Positions 27,347 through 38,437 of a DNA stretch of 64,000 nt are shown here, piece after piece. The DNA comes from Octopus vulgaris (Eukaryota). The stretch is taken from contig OX597830.1 in the NCBI GenBank assembly GCA_951406725.2, forward strand, positions 15,624,001 through 15,688,000. The letters run 5' to 3'. The position numbers were made by a program, and so were the translations under genes. The notes beneath the pieces were generated by a model, which saw nothing but the letters and a program-made list of their open reading frames with translations, ran no database searches and was not told the origin of the DNA. Every line of letters begins with the position of its first letter. Position 1 is the stretch's first letter.

Positions 27347-27694
27347 TAAATATATATGAGAGAGAGAGAGAGAGAGCAAAATGAGAAAAATCTATATATG
27401 TATGTATTGGCAAACAAGTTAAAATTTTAAAAGACATAGTTTTACACACAGGTAGCTGAAAGTTCGCATTGAGACACATGCACTTTCAAAGAGAAAAATC
27501 ATGGACTATGTAAGAGTTCTTTAAATATTAACCAACAGAATTTCTAACAAGAAACAACAGCAAAAGAAGTCTATGATTACATGTTGTGAGATCTAGCAGT
27601 AACAGGCATATATCTCTTTAGCTGCTTTTTTCCCCCTAATGGCTTTATATTGGTGTAGACAGTCTCTTACTAATTCTAGTGATTATTCATATAG

Positions 27695-28067
27695 GGGAGG
27701 GGAGCACTCCGTCGGTTACGACGACAAGGGTTCCGATTGATCCGATCAACGGAACAGCCTGCTCGTGAAATTAACGTGTAAGTGGCTGAGCACTCCACAG
27801 ACATATGTACCCTTAACGTAGTTCTCGGGGATATTCAACGTGACACAGAGAGTGACAAGGCCAGCCCTTTGAAATACAGGTACAACAGAAACAGGAAGTA
27901 AGAGTGAGAGAAAGTTGTGGTGAAAGAGTACAGCAGGGATCACCACCATCCCCTGCCGGAGCCTTGTGGAGCTTTAGGTGTTTTCGCTCAATAAACACTC
28001 ACAACGCCCGGTCTGGGAATCAAAACCACGAGTCCGCTGCCCTAACCACTGGGCCATTGCGCCTCCA
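27695..28067 (-). mobile_element. tRNA-derived SINE family C (tail type 2)
   Basis: Same head as 27346. 15-bp TSD TGATTATTCATATAG at 27680-27694 and 28069-28083. Confidence 0.88.
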
Positions 28068-28716
28068 CTGATTATTCATATAGTAGTAACATTCAATATT
28101 TTGAAGATTTGCATACGGTCGACCTGGAGTCCTGAATTTACAACTAACTTTGTGGGGGTTTCCATAGGCAAGGTACATAACCCTCCTCACCTCAGTTTGC
28201 TTGGCTGATAAAAATGGCTTTCACTCATACTTTCACAGTTGGGCTTATTGATGGAAAGGACAGTGTGAAACAACAATAACGTTTCCTTATCTTAATTGTG
28301 CAGTGCAGTGTAATTATTGCATTATCTTTCTGTATTTTCTAAGCTGAGTGTTTGTCATTACATAGATGGGTTGGCTTAGTCTTTACGTAGATAACAATGT
28401 AAATATTCATGTTTGTGGTTGCAATATGAAAACTACTACTACTACTGCTACTACTACTACTGATATGTCGAAGGTTTCATTTCAAGATTTTCTTCAAGAA
28501 CATTTTACTTCTTCGTAGCAATAGAAAAATCTGAAGTTGCCTCATGGCATCTTGAGTGCATACAAAAGGGGGGGGGTTTAAAGTAAAAAAAAAAAGAAAA
28601 AAAGGAAGGAAAAAGAAATGGCTCATTTTTGCAGATTTCTATCTATTTTCCAATGTATTTTTCTTGGGTACAGTAAGTGTCGGTTTGGAAGTTCTCTTTA
28701 AAGTCTTTAGTTCATT

Positions 28717-28751
<35 letters not shown>

Positions 28752-30637
28752 TATTTCTAAACTTCAAAAAATAAAATGAAGCCTAAACATATAATTCTAT
28801 TTCCATTATTCTTGACAGTATTCTCGATGTTACTTTCCAAAAGCAAAATTTCATAGATGAAGTTCAAGTCTAATTCTCTAATAGTATCTTTTTTTCCTTT
28901 TTTTTTTTATTTTTTTTATTTTAGTTTAGCATATTTTTGTTTTGCCATTGTTGTTTATGCTTTTTTTGTCCATCATGCAGTTGGTTCCTACACTGATATT
29001 CCACCTATAATATTTTCTTGCGATTTAATCTCTTTAATTTCAGTTCTCTATATTTTCCTCTATTTAATGTACATGTACTTCAACTGAACCTGGATGTGCT
29101 ATAAAATACAGCATAAATCTTTCCTAAATAAGACTTTTTTTTTTACAAGCTAAAAGAATATTCTTTTCAAACTGCTTAAATAAAATAAAAACTTTCAATA
29201 CAAAATATTTGATAAGAGCAAAACACAGAGAAAAAAAAATATATATAGTGAGGGGATTTACTTTTTTAATTTTTTTTTGTTGTTGTTAATTTAATACTTT
29301 TTCTTTAATTCCATTTTTATAACTGTCATTTTATACATTTTATATTCTTTTCAAATATTGGTTCGCCAAGTATGGAATATTTTTAACTGCTCATTATCTG
29401 TTGGTTTGGTGAGACTCCTCTTTAGACTTCACTAACCTGAAGGCAAATAGCTTGAATTAAAATTCACTTTTTAAATAAATAAATAAATAAATATTAAAAA
29501 AAAAAAGGAAAAAGGAAAAATAAAAAAAAAAGAAAAGAAAGAAAAAAGAAAACACAGCTTCCACTCTGCATTTCATGCTTCTATGAAATAATAATTCTAT
29601 TGAAGTATTTAAAAAGCATATTTTCTCTATCATTGAAATCTTTTGTGTTGTTTTAGAAATAGAATGAAGATATCCACACTTTGAAAGAAAATGAAAAAGA
29701 ATTGTCAGCAGAAAAATAACATAAAACTACTGGAAGTGCATGTTCTTTAGATGTAGAGTTCAATACACGTTTTAGTTTGATAACATATAAGTTTGATTTT
29801 TCTTAAATGTTTTCAAATGTTGTCTTGCAAAAGATATAAAGGCTTAGGTATCGGTTTAGTTTTTATTAATTTACATTTCATATCAGGTGCTTATTTGCTT
29901 CTGTTTCATTTTATTACTAATATTGATGGCAAGTTTTGTTGGAATAGTTTTCTTTTAAAACAGAACTTTTACCTTGATTTTGTTTTGTTTTTAAACTATT
30001 CATGTTTTGACTTGAATAAAAAGCTACTAGTGTTGTAGTGAAGTAACTTTACATTAAAAATTCAAACAGTTTTGACAGTACAAAAGATTTTATAAATACT
30101 GTGAATTATTCTAGAGTCAATATTTAAATAATAAAAGTGTTAAATGTCTAATATCAATAACTGTACTTCTTCCTTTTGTCTCTTTAGAAAAAGAAGTTAT
30201 ATCATACAATTAGAATTGATATTATTAAATATTTTCTCTTACTATTTTTGAATTTTTTATATATAATTTTTATTTATATTTACTTTTTCTCACTTGTATA
30301 ATGTACAAACAAGAAAGCTGTGTGAATATCTAAAAATTAGAAGAAAAAAAATTAAAAACAAAGGGAAAACCTTGCAAAAGCAATGTGAATTTACCAGTTA
30401 GGAAAAAGTTTCAATAAATAATTCAGAATGTTTATTGATCTCCCAATATTCCATTCAGATTGAATCTTATAATCTTTTGATTGTTTTGCCTTTTTTTTTT
30501 ATCATTTGATTGCTTTCTATTATTTTACATTGTGTTGTAAAACAAACAAAATTATCTCACCATATTTTTTTTTTTTTTTCCATAACAATCAATTTTTGTC
30601 TCTTAAAAATGATAAGAAGCTTTCTCTCTATTTTCAG

Positions 30638-30775
30638 GAGGAGATGATGTTCAACAATTGTGTGAAGCTGGAGAGGAAGAATTTCTTGAGATTATGGCTC
30701 TGGTAGGCATGGCAAGTAAACCTCTGCATGTTAGACGTTTACAAAAAGCACTCCAAGAGTGGGTAGCAAATCCAG
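30638..30775 (+). CDS. NAB: NAB coding exon 2, C-terminal half of NCD1
   Basis: Acceptor tctattttcAG, donor CAG|GTAGGA, 138 nt, phase 1 to 1. Joined to exon 1 it reads [47 protein letters not shown], essentially the invariant NAB1/NAB2 NCD1 core. Confidence 0.96.
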
Positions 30776-32159
30776 GTAGGAATATTTGCTTTCTTCTTGT
30801 AGAGTATTTACTTGGTAATCCATTTAATATCATTCCTCCCTTGGAACTGTAGCTCTTTTGTTTGTTTTAATAGAAGCAAGATGAATAACAACAGTTGAAA
30901 ACTAGATTTTTATATCAGATACTGAACCACTATCAGAGACACTACATGGGAGATATAAGGCATATTCCTGATTTATAATAAACATGTACCTACATGTATT
31001 TCGTAAAGGTCTCTTATATGCACAAGCAGGTTGAACATCTTTGTGAAAAAATTCTAAAACCTTGTTAAATACTATTATCATTTATATATAAATCTTTGCA
31101 AACATGTTTCATGCTGGTTTTCTCAACTGAATCACACGGATCCTTGCTCTGTGTAGATCAACCCCGTACTCATCTTATTATTCCTTTCTGAACTCTCATT
31201 TTACAAAACACTCTCCCAAGCAGAAACTCAAAATATTAAAAAATATATATCAGCAACTTTTCATTCAGTTATTTTCTTCCTTGCCTTTTTTTTATACGGC
31301 TTGGCTTGCATGACCTCAGACTATACAGCAGCTGAGTAAACAAACACACAAGAATACAAAACAGTTTTTATTGTTAAAATCTCTACTTGTGGCTTCATAT
31401 ATATATCTTAGTGCTGCCTTCCATTCTTCTACCACTTCTGCTTCATGATAGCTTTGGAGCCTACAGCCCCCAAAGAAATATAAATACAATAGTAACTTTT
31501 TACCATCATCATTTCCATTAGATTGTACTGAAATCTCTCTCTCTCTCTCTCTCTTAAAACCTGCAAAATCTCTATTCTTATTCACACAATTGCCTTTGTT
31601 CTTCAAGTACCCCCATCCATGGTACCCCACACTTCAGTTTGATATTTTGTATTTCCCATCTCTGCATATATTATATCTGTAGTTATGTATTTATAAAGAT
31701 AAAAATTCATTCAACCCACTTACCAGAGCAATAAACAGAGTCAATATTTTGATGTTTTATCAATTTGTGATCTGCCTTTTTGACTTAGAGGCGCAGGAGA
31801 GCAGGCAGGAATAATGATATTTATAATTTTCTCAATGGTGTTAGAGGTATAAATGAAATAGAATCACACACATGGTTTATATAGAATTTTATATCTACAG
31901 TATGGCACGCATTATTTCAAATTCTATAATGGGCAAAAGTATCTCTCACTGTTTTCATCTGTTAATAGAGTGGTGAGCTGGCAGAATCATTAGCATGCAA
32001 GGCTAAATGCTAATTGGTATTTCATCTGTCTTTAGATTCTAAGTTCAAATTCCGCCAAGGTTGACTTTGCCTTTCGTCCTTTCAGAGATTCATGGGAGCT
32101 TAATCAAAATGTTTTAAATAATATATATAATATACTGAGCCGTGATATAAAATTCAACA

Positions 32160-32464
32160 TCCCTGAACACATCCGTCGTCAACCAGGAGAATTCATCAAC
32201 GAAGCAATTGCCCCAGCTCCCCTTCAGGGTTGGCGAAAGCGATGTGGTGGACAACGAAAAACCTGGCTGATGACAGTCAAGGCTGATCTGGAACCCAATC
32301 TAGGCCCCCATATCTACGGTGTTCGCCGCTGGAATAAGGAGTGGTTGGAGATCACGCGGTCGTTAGCCTCAAATCGCCAGGCCTGGTCGGCGTTTGTGAG
32401 AGATGCAGCATTGAGGATGAATGAAGCCAGCTCAACCCACCCTGGTAAGAAGAAGAAGAAGAAG
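32160..32464 (+). mobile_element. 5'-truncated RTE-clade LINE, young insertion
   Basis: Uninterrupted frame HIRRQPGEFINEAIAPAPLQGWRKRCGGQRKTWLMTVKADLEPNLGPHIYGVRRWNKEWLEITRSLASNRQAWSAFVRD. (AAG)n tail. 11-bp TSD AAAATTCAACA at 32149-32159 and 32465-32475. Confidence 0.85.
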
Positions 32465-32577
32465 AAAATTCAACAAAAAAGTACTCCATCTGATGATAGA
32501 TAAACATTATTTAAAGGACACAATACATGTATTAAAGTGCTACTAATAGTTTCATAGTTTGTTATGATATGTGGTTT

Positions 32578-32630
32578 GCGCCTGAAGAATATGTTTGAGT
32601 TTTCTCAATATATGAAACTATTAGTAGCGC
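32578..32630 (+). ncRNA. Type-I hammerhead ribozyme motif (Penelope-like repeat) in NAB intron 2
   Basis: gcgc-CTGAAGA-[atatgtttgag tttt ctcaatatat helix II]-GAAA-ct-att-aGTA-gcgc. All core nucleotides are present, helices I, II and III pair, and the cleavage triplet is GUA (cut after 32626). Confidence 0.8.
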
Positions 32631-32645
32631 TTTAATACATGTATA

Positions 32646-32816
32646 GGCGCAGGAGTGGCTGTGTGGTAAGTAGCTTGTTTACTAACCACATGGTTCCGGG
32701 TTCAGTCCCACTGCGTGGCATCTTGGGCAAGTGTCTTCTGCTATAGCCCTGGGCCGACCAATGCCTTGTGAGTGGATTTGGTAGACAGAAACTGAAAGAA
32801 GCCTGTCATATATATG

Positions 32817-32847
<31 letters not shown>

Positions 32848-33039
32848 TTGTACCCCTAGCATTGCTTGACAACTGATGCTGGTGTGTTTACGTCCCCGTC
32901 ACTTAGTGGTTCGGCAAAAGAGACCGATAGAATAAGTACTGGGCTTACAAAGAATAAGTCCCGGGGTCGATTTGATCGACTAAAGGCGGTGCTCCAGCAT
33001 GGCTGCAGTCAAATGACTGAAACAAGTAAAAGAGAGAGT
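32646..33039 (+). mobile_element. SINE family A, full length
   Basis: Same structure as 4813. Begins immediately after the hammerhead-containing inverted repeat. Confidence 0.9.
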
Positions 33040-33344
33040 ATATTTTTAGTCCCTGTCTGCAGATGAGACAATTTATAATTGCTTAAACAAATATAACTGG
33101 ATCTTATATACGTGGAGATTTTTTAAAGTATACAAATGAAGTATACAAAAAGCCATGGCTGTGGAATTATTATTATAAGATGCAATATGTTGATGGAATT
33201 TGGAATCATGAATTGGTAGAGATTTAAAGTCATGGCAACAAAAGAAGACTCAGATTAGACTTCCACAGAAGAGTCATACTCACAGTTAGGATGATACAGA
33301 TGGTAGCCCTACTGACCTTAGAAAAGCAGGTGTGTGTGTGTGTG

Positions 33345-33521
33345 GCGGCAGCAGCAACAGTAGTAGTAGTAGAAGTAGAAGTAGTAGAGGTAGTAGTCGT
33401 GGTGATGGTTATGGTAGTAGTAGTAGTAGTAGTAGCAGCAGCAGTAGTAGTAGAGGTAGTAGTGGTGGTGGTGGTGGTTATGGTAGTAGTAGTAGTAGCA
33501 GCAGCAGCAACAGTAGAGGTT

Positions 33522-33558
<37 letters not shown>

Positions 33559-33619
33559 AAGCAGTAGTAGAGGTAGTAGTGGTGGTGGTGGTTATGGTAG
33601 TGGTAGTAGTAGTAGTAGT
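33345..33619. repeat. Compound (GTA/GCA/GTG)n trinucleotide repeat
   Basis: Directly visible. It produces the poly-V and poly-S/G ORFs. Confidence 0.95.
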
Positions 33620-34169
33620 TCAGGTTTGATAACTTTCTTGAAGAAAAGCAGCACTTTCTCTGTCTTTCACTTGAGCAAGAACCTCGACTGATTTAAATGC
33701 TCCATAGTTTTACTACTGTTATTCATTTAATTGTGTTTTAAGAGATGACAAGCAATTTAATCTCAAAACAATGGAATTCCACAATAAATACAAGTAAAAC
33801 AGTTTCTTTGCTGGCAAACATTTTCTTTTTTCCCCTTAAGTTATTAATATTAAATGTTTTCTAATTTTGTTTTAATACATTATCATCAAAAGAAAGCATT
33901 ATTAGCCTGTAACACCCACGGACACACAGACACACGCATGTCCATACTTACAAATATGTTTATGTGTGTGGTGGGAGTTTGTATGTACAGAGAAAATAAG
34001 ACAGGCTTCTTTCAGTTTCCATCTATTGAATTTAGTCAGCTTGGGGTTATAATATCAGAAGCTTGCCCACGACGCCACACAGTGGCACCTTAGGTAAGTT
34101 TCTTCTGATATGTTCCCATGTGACTGAGAAGGGAGTCTCTTTACTATGCAGTTATATCTTCATATACCC

Positions 34170-35130
34170 ATTTTTTTACTACCCACAAGGGGCTAAACAC
34201 AGAGGGGACAGACAAACGGATTAAGTCGATTACATCGACCCCCCAGTGCATAACTGGCACTTAATTTATCGACCCCGAAAGGATAAAAGGCAAAGTCGAC
34301 CTCGGGGGAATTTGAACTCGGAACGTAACAGCAGACAAAATACCTATTTCTTTATTACCTACAAGGGGCTAAACACAGAGGGGACAAACAAGGACAGACA
34401 AAAGGATTAAGTCGATTACATCGACCCCCAGTGCGTAACTGGCACTTAATTTATCGACCCCGAAAGGATAAAAGGCAAAGTCGACCTCGGGGGAATTTGA
34501 ACTCGGAACGTAACGCAGACGAAATACCTATTTCTTTATTACCTACAAGGGGCTAAACACAGAGGGGACAAACAAGGACAGACAAACGGATTAAGTTGAT
34601 TACATCGACCCCCAGTGCGTAACTGGCACTTAATTTATCGACCCCGAAAGGATGAAAGGCAAAGTCAACCTCGGGGGAATTTGAACTCGGAACGTAACGC
34701 AGACGAAATACCTATTTCTTTATTACCTACAAGGGGCTAAACACAGAGGGGACAAACAAGGACAGACAAACGGATTAAGTCGATTACATCGACCCCCAGT
34801 GCGTAACTGGCACTTAATTTATCAACCCCGAAAGGATAAAAGGCAAAGTCGACCTCGGGGGAATTTGAACTCGGAACGTAACGCAGACGAAATACCTATT
34901 TCTTTATTACCTACAAGGGGCTAAACACAGAGGGGACAAACAAGGACAGACAAACGGATTAAGTTGATTACATCGAACCCCAGTGCGTAACTGGTACTTA
35001 ATTTTATCGACCCCGAAAGGATGTATGGCAAAGTCGACCTCAGCGGAATTTGAACTCAGAACATAACGGCAGACGAAATACTGCTAAGCATTTCGCCCGG
35101 CGTGCTAACGTTTCTGCCAGCTCGCCGCCT
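34170..35130 (-). repeat. Head-to-tail pentamer of SINE family B (184-bp period)
   Basis: aaggggctaaacac recurs at 34187, 34363, 34547, 34731 and 34915. A single complete head ends at 35130. Confidence 0.92.
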
Positions 35131-36149
35131 TCATCTTTATATACCACACATGTGGTATATCTTCATATACCACACAACCATACCTGCATGTGTGTGTGTA
35201 TAATCATGTGTATTTTCATGTTTTTTTTATTGTTTGTATTTTCTAAGCAGCTCCTCTGTATTTGAGATAACAAGCTATTATCACCTTCCATTCTTGCTGC
35301 ATTTTTGTTTTCCTAATTAAATATTTCTAATCCAGAAGTTTCTCCTTGTTTTCTCTGCATATAACACAAATACAATATCTATCATCATCAATCTCAGGTT
35401 TTGTGAAATATAACAATCTTCTGTATTAACACCTGCTCAAAGTGGAAGCTTTTTCTGTTGTTTTTTTTTTTTTACATCCTTATACATTTACTCACCATAT
35501 TCCACTGATTTAGCCATCATCTAGCCTCTGCAGTTTTGCAGTTCAAGTTGCACATTAACGATATTTTTTGGAAACAATCAGCTAAAAAACAACGTTAAGT
35601 GTCAGGTTTTTAACAATGAATATTACAGAAATTTGCTTAAGAAGTGGTTTCTAATTCTCATATTGAGGTGTTTAGAACCAAGTAAGGAATGGTATGGAGT
35701 CTCAATTAACAACTAAAGATTATTAATTTCACCTTAAAATTTTACGTAATCATAAACAGATATAAGTAGGAATATTTTAAAACCATTATTCTATAGAATA
35801 TATCTATGAAATAGAATTCCTTGATACTTTAATATCTAATTCTTATTATTTTGATGTTCAACACAAAAGTATCCGTTGCAATTTCAATTCAACATTAGGA
35901 AATTTCAAAGTTTCCATGCCTTTATTGTAACCAAATTATGCTTGAAGTTTGAACACCTACATTAAATGTACATCATTTTTTTTTTATTTGTTACATTCTT
36001 CAATAATTTGTTATACACTAAAATTCTGTGTGATGGTTACAAAACAGTAACTCTGTTATTATCGTATTTAATGTTTTGTCATACCTGCGGGGATTAAATG
36101 GGTTCAATTAATGTATATCAGGTTTGTTTAGAGCTAGATACCCTAACTA

Positions 36150-36568
36150 GGCATAGGAGCGGCTGTGTGGTAAGTAGCTTGTTTACCAACCACACGGTTC
36201 TGGGTTCAGTTCCACTGCATGGCACCTTGGGCAAGTGTCTTCTACTATAGCCTCGGGCCGACCAAATTCTTGTGAGTGGATTTGGTAGACGGAAACTGAA
36301 AGAAGCCCGTCGTATATATGTATATATATATATATGTATGTGTGTGTATGTGTTTGTGTTTCTGTGTTTGTCCCCCCCCCCACCATTGCTTGACAACCGA
36401 TGCTGGTGTGTTTACGTTCCCGTAACTTAGCAGTTCGGCAAAAGAGACCGATAGAATAAGTACTAGGCTTACAAAGAATAAGTCCTGGAATCGATTTGCT
36501 CGACTAAAGGCGGTGCTTCAGCATGGCCACAGTCACATGACTGAAACAAGTAAAAGAGTAAAAGAGAG
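36150..36568 (+). mobile_element. SINE family A, full length
   Basis: Same structure, with possible TSD TAACTA (36144-36149 and 36569-36574). A degenerate second head follows at about 36620-36790. Confidence 0.9.
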
Positions 36569-38207
36569 TAACTATATGTATAATGAGTTAGTAAACTCTG
36601 TAGTATTTACTAAGTCTGCTATTTGTTTTCTGGACAAGCATATAAAAGTTTGAGTTGCAGCCATGCAGTTTTGAGTTCATTCCCACTGCATGGCGCCTTG
36701 GGTAAGTATTTTCTGTAGCCCCAGGCCAGCAATTGCCTTGCAAGTGAATTTGGTTGAAGAAAACTATACAAAACCGATCATAGATGTGTGTGGTGAGAGA
36801 GAGAGAGAGAGAGAGCAATTGATAGATAGACAGATAAATTGATTTTTTGTACAAGACTATGTTTCAAAATTTAAAAAAAGGGCTGCTGAATGATAGTTGG
36901 TTTGAGAAACACAACAGCTATATAAATGTTACTTTGTCTAACTTGAGTTTCATTAAATTAATGAAGCCCAGTTTGTCCTAAGATATAGTGAAGCTAGTTC
37001 ATCAGCGCTGGACATCTTAGTATATTATTAGTTAAGTGCTACGAACACAAAATAAAATAAAGTAATTTAGAGTGAATTATGGCAATTTAGATTGATAAAA
37101 TGGTGTCATTTGAATATATTTGTCCAGTTCAAGCTGCTTCACAGGATAATCATAAAAAGGAAGATAAGGTATCTTTATATATCATCATTTCCGCTAAATA
37201 AATGTGTTACAAGATTATTGTTCCATTTTATTCCCTGAGATTGAGTAAGAAATTTGTTTATACAATAATGAGTTTCTATTCAAAATAACTGATTTGAAGC
37301 CATTCCTGTAGTGTTTAGTAACAATGATATCTTACATCTTATCTGTAGTATCAGTCAAATTTTTGAGATTTAACAACCTTAAAGCTTGCCAAAATATTGA
37401 TTGCATCTGGAGTGAACATATGAAAAGTCACTTTTCAATCCATTACCTACTTATTTCTATTTCGACCAAAGATAAGGTTCAATAAACTTTCTTCCAAAAC
37501 ATTGTTAAAGAACTGACAGAATCGCTGACAATTCTTTCTTATAGAATTTCCTTCTGGATGGAAGTTTTAAGTTAGCCAATAAATTGCTTTATAACTTTGT
37601 GTCTTTTTATTGACAAGAATTGGCAAAAGTCCATTCTAGTCTCTTTAGGATAGAGTCTCTTGGGGCAACTTCATTCAGACATTTTCATGCCCATTTTAAT
37701 TTTATTGATTTGCTTTAGTGGCACCAGTTCTGACGTTACCAATAACCTAAACAACTCATTGGACATCTTCCACCACCATTCCCTTACAGTTGCCACAAGT
37801 CTGTTTTCAAAACATTTCGTTAGCTCTTTGTAGGTAACAGTTAATCATTTTACCATTATAAATTGGTTTGGCTTAATATAGAATATACAATTGTAAAAAT
37901 TTCTACTGTAAATACAAGTCAAATTAACAGCCAAAAATTTAAAAGTAAAGTAAAAGAAAAGCTCATCAGAAAAAGTAGCGAACCATAACTAGAGATAATC
38001 TTGTGGCTGATACTGTCCAACCGTTACTTGTATATTTGATTTGAACTCTCTGTCAAGGAATTGCAGAGATGTTCCACTAACACATAAAAAGCAACAGAGT
38101 TTTTTTGCATTAACTTATCGAGATTTTGCTTGTTGATATTCTTCTTTGCATTGTAGTTTTTTATGATTGCTAAATCTAGGTCCTAAAACAAATCTTTATA
38201 TTTTCAG

Positions 38208-38437
38208 CTGCATTCCAAGGTCCAGTTGTTGGTTCATCAAGTCCAGCTCCTGGAAGCATCAGTGCCACTGTGAGGGATCAAACTGCTGTTAATACTTATC
38301 CTACATTGCATTCCACACCTCCCATTGTGAATGCTCCTACATGGAACCCTGCCACACATCCGCCTCCTCGTAACATCAGTCCTGCTAACACAGGTAGCTC
38401 ATCAGGTGCTTCACCCCAAGCCGACATCAAAGTAGAG
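38208..38437 (+). CDS. NAB: NAB coding exon 3, Ser/Pro-rich linker after NCD1
   Basis: Acceptor ttatattttcAG, donor GAG|GTAGGC, 230 nt, phase 1 to 0. In frame with exon 2: (A)AFQGPVVGSSSPAPGSISATVRDQTAVNTYPTLHSTPPIVNAPTWNPATHPPPRNISPANTGSSSGASPQADIKVE. It is a GC-elevated island in AT-rich intron. Low-complexity S/P-rich sequence is typical of the NCD1-NCD2 linker. Confidence 0.8.

Noticed and set aside
33291-33691. Poly-Val and Ser/Gly-rich ORFs
   Set aside because: Compound trinucleotide microsatellite, no splice or homology support.
34170-35130. Possible CRISPR-like array or hammerhead retrozyme
   Set aside because: Units are near-identical along their whole length with no unique spacers, the context is eukaryotic, and I found no CUGANGA core on either strand of the unit.
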